The notes under the pieces were generated by a model. The model saw nothing but the letters and a program-made list of their open reading frames with translations, was not told where the DNA came from and searched no databases. A stretch of DNA of 33,093 bases, from NCBI GenBank assembly GCA_017508845.1, contig JAFWRB010000041.1, positions 1-33,093 on the forward strand. Reading direction: 5' to 3'. Shown here one piece after another: positions 27,840 to 33,093 of this stretch; the stretch's first letter is position 1, and every line of letters starts with the position of its first letter. This stretch comes from Neisseriaceae bacterium (lineage in GTDB: Bacteria; Pseudomonadota; Gammaproteobacteria; Burkholderiales; Neisseriaceae). Both the position numbers and the translations under genes were made by a program.

Positions 27840-28607
27840 ATGGCGAAATATAAATTTGTGATGACAGAGGAAATTTGTCTTTTATTACAACAGGAAGGAT
27901 TGTTGTTTTGTCGAGGATTGGAACAGGATTCTGGTAAAACCCACTTAATGGGTAAGGATGTACTCTTTTCTGAGCTTTCATCTTTTTATAACACTGCCTA
28001 CAGAAAAGGAAATGTTGTATATCCTATGGGAGCATACTCTTATTCTTCTGTGCAATTTCCTTTGGATATTAGAGTAGGCAATTATTGTTCTATTGCAGGA
28101 AATATTCATTTTCGTGGCTGGGAACATCCGATTACTGCTTTTACTACTAACCATATTGCTTATGATGCGATAACACTCAATCTAATGCACACTCAATTAG
28201 TTAAGAATTCGACTAATTTGAAACCTAAAAGAGCCAAATTTCATATGGGTGATGATGTGTGGATTGCAAATGATGTTTTACTACCTCGGCATATTACAAT
28301 CGGAACAGGAGCGATTATTGCTGCTCGTGCGAATGTAACCAAAGATGTTCCGCCGTATGCCATTGTTGGCGGTAATCCTGCAAAAATTATCAAATATCGT
28401 TTTGAAGAAAAAATTATTGAAAAACTATTAGCAACAGGTTGGACGGAATACGATATTGCCCCAATGGAAATTCGTGGTGATATTCCTGTGGAGAACTTTA
28501 TTGAAGAGTTTTATAACTACCGTGATAAGGGATTGATTAAACCGATTGTGTTGAAAAACTTAAAAGAAGTTTTGGATAAACACGGTATTGTTTATGAGCG
28601 GGTATAG
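27840..28607 (+). CDS. hexapeptide-repeat acyltransferase, XAT (CatB/Vat-like) class; possible capsule O-acetyltransferase
   Basis: 255 aa; AAGGAG RBS. IRVGNYCSIAGNIHF...EHPITAFTTNHIAY, then GDDVWIANDVLLPRHITIGTGAIIAARANVTKDVPPYAIVGGNPAKIIKYRF, typical of left-handed beta-helix xenobiotic-type acetyltransferases. Confidence 0.7.
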   Translation: MAKYKFVMTEEICLLLQQEGLLFCRGLEQDSGKTHLMGKDVLFSELSSFYNTAYRKGNVVYPMGAYSYSSVQFPLDIRVGNYCSIAGNIHFRGWEHPITAFTTNHIAYDAITLNLMHTQLVKNSTNLKPKRAKFHMGDDVWIANDVLLPRHITIGTGAIIAARANVTKDVPPYAIVGGNPAKIIKYRFEEKIIEKLLATGWTEYDIAPMEIRGDIPVENFIEEFYNYRDKGLIKPIVLKNLKEVLDKHGIVYERV

Positions 28608-28774
28608 AATGCAAAAAGGGTTTCAGGTTGCCTGAATATGCACATAACTTTGTTAAAATTCCTTGTAATAAATTGTTTTATAAAGATTTTGATATGCTAA
28701 AAACTTTTCTTTGATTTTGTCAAGGTTTTATTCCATTGAGTGCATTTTTTCAAAGGAAAATTTAAGTAGCATAG

Positions 28775-29662
<888 letters not shown>

Positions 29663-29665
29663 GTT

Positions 29666-29680
29666 TTCAGGCAGCCTGAA
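29666..29680. repeat. DUS, perfect 15-mer TTCAGGCAGCCTGAA
   Basis: Exact match, 4 nt after the kdsA stop. Confidence 0.85.
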
Positions 29681-29690
29681 AGATAAAAAA

Positions 29691-29715
29691 GACTTGTTTG
29701 AACAGGTCTTTTTTT
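29691..29715 (+). terminator. rho-independent terminator after kdsA
   Basis: GACTTGTT-TG-AACAGGTC stem (one G.U pair) followed by T7 (29709-29715). Confidence 0.65.
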
Positions 29716-29903
29716 ATAGTCATTCCATTTCAAAACTAATCAGCGTTGGTTCGCCTTGCCGTATTCCCTATACTGTCGCAGGCAAAGCCGCCTTGGTTAT
29801 TCCTGAACTGAAACAACTATATTTCAAAAACGATATACAAGGACATTCAGGCAGGTGCAAACATAGTGATACAATACGTCCATATTTTTATTTTCATCGC
29901 ACT

Positions 29904-30701
29904 ATGGCAACGCAACGCATTTTATTGAACATTCGTTATCTTGGACACGCTTTTTGTGGCTGGCAGAATCAGCCGAATGGTTTGCCGACTGTTCAGGCAG
30001 CCCTTGAAAATGCGGTGGCACAGATTGCGGGGCACAGTGTGGAAGTGCTTGCCGCTGGGCGGACGGATAGGGGCGTGCATGCTTTAAATTTGACTGCCCA
30101 TTTTGACACTACTGCACGCCGACCGCTTCATGCGTGGGTAGCGGGGGTGAATAGTCATTTACCCGAACAGATTGCGGTGTTGTCTGCCCAAGAAGTGCCG
30201 CCTGATTTTCACGCACGCTTTAACGCCTGCCGCCGCGAATATCGTTATGTATTAAGCAATTCCCCTGTGCGACCTGTTATTTTAAAAGGCTTGGTGGGTT
30301 GGACATTTGTGCCGTTGTCGGTGGAAAAAATGCAAACAGCCGCTCAACTTTTATTGGGCGAGCAAGATTTTTCGTCTTTTCGGTCAAGCGAATGTCAGGC
30401 AAAAACGCCTATAAAAACAATGTATTCCGCCCACATTTTTCATCAAAACGATTTTATTTGTTTTGATTTTGCTGCGTCTGGATTTTTGCATCATCAAGTG
30501 CGTAATATGGTGGGTGCCTTGATATATGTGGGCAATGGCAAATTGTCGCAAGACGATTTTGCACAGATAATCAACGCTCGCAATCGGCAATTTGCACCGC
30601 CCACTTTTATGGCAGACGGCTTATATTTAACGGGCGTAGATTATCCGAGTGTGTGGCAAATACAAAAACCGCCTATGCCGAAATGGTTTTTTGGAGAGTA
30701 A
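29904..30701 (+). CDS. truA: tRNA pseudouridine(38-40) synthase
   Basis: The track ORF (29652..) is over-extended across the kdsA terminator. ATG 29904 gives 265 aa: MATQRILLNIRYLGHAFCGWQNQPN...AAGRTDRGVHA...FLHHQVRNMVG. Confidence 0.9.
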   Translation: MATQRILLNIRYLGHAFCGWQNQPNGLPTVQAALENAVAQIAGHSVEVLAAGRTDRGVHALNLTAHFDTTARRPLHAWVAGVNSHLPEQIAVLSAQEVPPDFHARFNACRREYRYVLSNSPVRPVILKGLVGWTFVPLSVEKMQTAAQLLLGEQDFSSFRSSECQAKTPIKTMYSAHIFHQNDFICFDFAASGFLHHQVRNMVGALIYVGNGKLSQDDFAQIINARNRQFAPPTFMADGLYLTGVDYPSVWQIQKPPMPKWFFGE

Positions 30702-30704
30702 TCA

Positions 30705-31334
30705 ATGGCTTATATTCGTACAAAAATTTGTGGCATAACTTGCGTAGAAGATGCGGTTTGTGTTGCCGAAAATGGTGCGGACGCAATCGGTTTGGTGTTT
30801 TTTGCAAAAAGCCCACGCTGTGTGTCGATTGAAACCGCCCAAAAAATAGTAGAAAAATTGCCTGCCTTTGTGAGTGTAGTGGGTTTATTTGTTAATCAAT
30901 CGGTTGATTTTATTAAAGAAATTATTTCCGCCGTGCCTTTGGATTATCTGCAATTTCACGGCGATGAAACGCCTGAATTTTGCGAGCAATTTAATCGCCC
31001 TTACATTAAAGCAATACGCGTGCGTGGCGAAGACGATATTCAGGCAGCCTTAAATTCATACAAATCCGCACGAGCCTTGCTGTTTGACGCATATCACCCA
31101 AACACTTACGGCGGTACAGGGGACGCATTCGACTGGTGTATGCTACCTGAAAAAATCAACCACTCATGGATTTTGGCAGGCGGCTTAAACCCTGATAATG
31201 TGATTGCTGCCATAAGTCAAACAAACGCTGTTGCGATTGATTTATCATCAGGTGTAGAAAAAGACAAAGGTATTAAAGACCACAATAAAATCAAACAGTT
31301 AATGCACAATGTAAAAGGCTTTCAGGCTGCCTGA
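30705..31334 (+). CDS. trpF: N-(5'-phosphoribosyl)anthranilate isomerase
   Basis: 209 aa. KICGIT...EDAV...GADAIGLVFFAKSPRCV, LQFHGDE, GGTGDAFDW, ILAGGLNPDNV. Confidence 0.9.
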   Translation: MAYIRTKICGITCVEDAVCVAENGADAIGLVFFAKSPRCVSIETAQKIVEKLPAFVSVVGLFVNQSVDFIKEIISAVPLDYLQFHGDETPEFCEQFNRPYIKAIRVRGEDDIQAALNSYKSARALLFDAYHPNTYGGTGDAFDWCMLPEKINHSWILAGGLNPDNVIAAISQTNAVAIDLSSGVEKDKGIKDHNKIKQLMHNVKGFQAA

Positions 31335-31335
31335 A
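31321..31335. repeat. DUS, perfect 15-mer TTCAGGCTGCCTGAA
   Basis: Exact match. It encodes the last trpF codons (F-Q-A-A) and its TGA stop. Confidence 0.85.
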
Positions 31336-31350
31336 AAATTGAAATGGATA

Positions 31351-31395
31351 AAATGACAAAAATAAGTCATTTAATTATTCCTTTTAAGTTATAAT
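31351..31395 (+). promoter_or_regulatory. candidate TA-module promoter/operator
   Basis: 7-bp inverted repeat AAATGAC-N8-GTCATTT (31351-31372), then TATAAT (31390-31395) only 9 nt before the toxin ATG, implying a near-leaderless mRNA. There is no convincing -35 and no SD. Confidence 0.35.
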
Positions 31396-31404
31396 TAAAG
31401 CACT

Positions 31405-31770
31405 ATGAAATGCGAAGTTGAATATACGGACGAGTTTAACGACTGGTGGAATGCTTTATCCGAAGACGAGCAAGAAGATGTTTATGCTTCGGTGAGTATG
31501 TTGGAAGTTTGGGGAACAAATTTGAAGTTTCCACACAGCACTTCGATTACTTCGTCCAAACACGGCAATATGCGTGAATTGCGTGTTCAAAGTAGTGGTA
31601 GACCTCTGCGAGTGTTGTATGCGTTCGACCCACGCCGTTGTGCGATTTTGTTAATCGGCGGTGATAAAACAGGTGATAAGCGTTGGTACGACAAGTTTGT
31701 GCCGATTGCCGACCGTTTATACGATGAACATTTGTTGATTTTGGAGCAGGAAGATGGCAAAAAAATTTGA
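31405..31770 (+). CDS. type II toxin, RelE/ParE superfamily (HigB/Gp49-like)
   Basis: 121 aa. Pattern FNDWWNAL...ML...G..L.FPHS...MRELRV...RPLRVLYAFDPRRCAILLIGGDKTGDKRWYDKFVPIADRLYDEHL is typical of Gp49/HigB-like toxins. The toxin-first order and 17-nt overlap with an XRE gene support this. Confidence 0.7.
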   Translation: MKCEVEYTDEFNDWWNALSEDEQEDVYASVSMLEVWGTNLKFPHSTSITSSKHGNMRELRVQSSGRPLRVLYAFDPRRCAILLIGGDKTGDKRWYDKFVPIADRLYDEHLLILEQEDGKKI

Positions 31771-32071
31771 TGAATTGCGAGCCAAAATGTCGCCTGAATC
31801 GCGTGCCAGAGCGGAAATGAAATTCCAAAAATTGTTGGCAGAAATGCCTTTGCACGAGTTGCGTCAGGCACAGGGTTTGTCGCAAACTGAATTGGCGGAA
31901 AGATTGCATATCAATCAGGCTGCGGTATCGAAAATGGAAAGACGCACGGATATGTATATCAGTTCGCTACGCAAAACCATTCAAGCAATGGGCGGTGATT
32001 TGGAAATTATCGCTAAATTTCCACACGGTTCAGTCAAAATCAGTCATTTTGCGAACGGTGCAACGGAATAA
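31754..32071 (+). CDS. XRE-family helix-turn-helix antitoxin (HigA-like)
   Basis: 105 aa. HTH LRQAQGLSQTELAERLHINQAAVSKMERR. Confidence 0.7.
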   Translation: MAKKFDELRAKMSPESRARAEMKFQKLLAEMPLHELRQAQGLSQTELAERLHINQAAVSKMERRTDMYISSLRKTIQAMGGDLEIIAKFPHGSVKISHFANGATE

Positions 32072-32073
32072 GC

Positions 32074-32100
32074 AAACCTGCATCATGCAGGTTTTTTATT
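32074..32100 (+). terminator. rho-independent terminator after the TA module
   Basis: AAACCTGCA-TCA-TGCAGGTTT followed by TTTATTTT. Confidence 0.7.
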
Positions 32101-32101
32101 T

Positions 32102-32116
32102 TTCAGGCTGCCTGAA
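32102..32116. repeat. DUS, perfect 15-mer TTCAGGCTGCCTGAA
   Basis: Exact match. Same orientation and same 17-mer (TTCAGGCTGCCTGAAAA) as the copy at 31321. Confidence 0.85.
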
Positions 32117-32124
32117 AATCATCT

Positions 32125-32153
32125 CTTGATATTTTCCCATTCTGCCCACATAT
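32125..32153 (+). promoter_or_regulatory. possible sigma32 (heat-shock) promoter for dnaJ
   Basis: CTTGAT (32125-32130), 14 bp, CCCACATAT (32145-32153), compared with consensus CTTGAA-N13-15-CCCCATNT. It overlaps the perfect inverted repeat CTGCCCAC-N6-GTGGGCAG (32142-32163). Confidence 0.35.
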
Positions 32154-32190
32154 TGGTGGGCAGTTTATATTTTATTTTGGCACATACAAA

Positions 32191-33093
32191 ATGAGTAAAG
32201 ATTTATACGAAACGCTGGGCGTGAGCAAATCGGCGAGTGAAGACGAAATCAAAAAAGCCTACCGCAAATTGGCGATGAAATATCACCCTGACCGCAATCC
32301 TGATAATAAGGAAGCCGAAGAAAAATTTAAGGAAATTCAAAAGGCTTACGATGTTTTATCGGACAGTCAAAAACGAGCCCAATACGACCAGTTTGGTGAA
32401 GCAGGCATTGACCCGAACCAAATGGGCGGCGGCGGTTTTGGCGGGGGCTTTGGCGGATTTGGCGGCGGCTTTGATTTTGGCGATATTTTCAGCCAAATGT
32501 TTGGGGCAGGCGGAGCCGGTCGGCAACAGAATTTTCAGGGAGCCGATTTGCGTTATGATATTCAAATTTCTTTGGAAGAAGCCGCGAATGGCTTGAAAAA
32601 GCAAATCAATATTCCATCGCACGAAGAATGTGATGTGTGTCACGGAACGGGTGCGAAAGCAGGCACGAGTGCGGAAACTTGCCCTGATTGTCGTGGCACA
32701 GGTACCATTCACATTCAGCAAGCCATTTTTCAGTTAAAACAAACTTGTCCGCGTTGTCGAGGGGAGGGCAAAATCATTAAAGAGCCTTGTGTGAAATGTC
32801 GCGGACAGGGCAAACTGAAAACTTCTCGCACGATTGAAATTTCTATCCCGGCGGGCATTGATGACGGTCAAGCCATTCGTTTGTCAGGGCAAGGCGAAAT
32901 GGGGTCGCACGGTGCTCCTGCGGGCGATTTGTTGGTATATGTTTCGGTTAAACCGCACGATATTTTTGAACGCGACGGACGCGATTTACATTGTGAATTG
33001 CCGATTTCCTTTACCGTGGCGGCATTAGGCGGCGAAGTGGAAGTGCCGACATTAAACGGCAGAGCCAAAACAACCATTCCAGCAGGCACGCAA
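32191..33093 (+). CDS. dnaJ: molecular chaperone DnaJ (N-terminal 301 codons; continues past window end)
   Basis: Absent from the ORF track (no stop in the window). [38 protein letters not shown]-domain, G/F-rich [22 protein letters not shown], and four CxxCxGxG zinc-finger repeats. Confidence 0.95.
   Translation, partial: MSKDLYETLGVSKSASEDEIKKAYRKLAMKYHPDRNPDNKEAEEKFKEIQKAYDVLSDSQKRAQYDQFGEAGIDPNQMGGGGFGGGFGGFGGGFDFGDIFSQMFGAGGAGRQQNFQGADLRYDIQISLEEAANGLKKQINIPSHEECDVCHGTGAKAGTSAETCPDCRGTGTIHIQQAIFQLKQTCPRCRGEGKIIKEPCVKCRGQGKLKTSRTIEISIPAGIDDGQAIRLSGQGEMGSHGAPAGDLLVYVSVKPHDIFERDGRDLHCELPISFTVAALGGEVEVPTLNGRAKTTIPAGTQ

Noticed and set aside
32351-33089. Track ORFs 32351..32596+, 32356..32721-, 32834..33028+ and 32868..33089-
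   Set aside because: All overlap the hand-identified dnaJ frame (J-domain, G/F region, four zinc-finger repeats), which is missing from the track only because it has no stop in the window.

Overview
This 33 kb chromosomal window comes from a member of the Neisseriaceae. It carries 13 perfect copies of the near-palindromic 15-mer TTCAGGC[A/T]GCCTGAA, which contains the 12-nt DNA uptake sequence dialects reported for Kingella (AGGCAGCCTGAA) and Simonsiella (AGGCTGCCTGAA). From left to right the window holds: a very A+T-rich islet of three small lipoprotein or membrane genes; an AcnD-type aconitase; folP; an intergenic DnaA-box cluster; recD; a DEAD-box helicase; rarD; a complete spc plus alpha ribosomal-protein block (rplN to rplQ, including secY, infA, rpmJ and rpoA) that is not preceded by the S10 operon; an ABC-transporter-dependent (group-2-like) capsule locus (ctrA, ctrBCD, a five-gene serotype-specific cassette, then kdsA); truA; trpF; a HigB/RelE-like toxin with an XRE antitoxin; and the 5' 903 nt of dnaJ. 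The most interesting region is the capsule cassette at 21936-28607. It encodes a single-module KpsC-like Kdo-transferase homologue, a 635-aa protein with no motif I can assign, a nucleotidyltransferase-HAD phosphatase fusion, a nucleotidyltransferase-like/APH-type kinase fusion, and an XAT-class acetyltransferase. The cassette is compositionally mosaic and lacks perfect DUS copies. I found no rRNA, tRNA, CRISPR array or IS element. All product calls rest on motifs I recognised in the supplied translations; no database search was possible.
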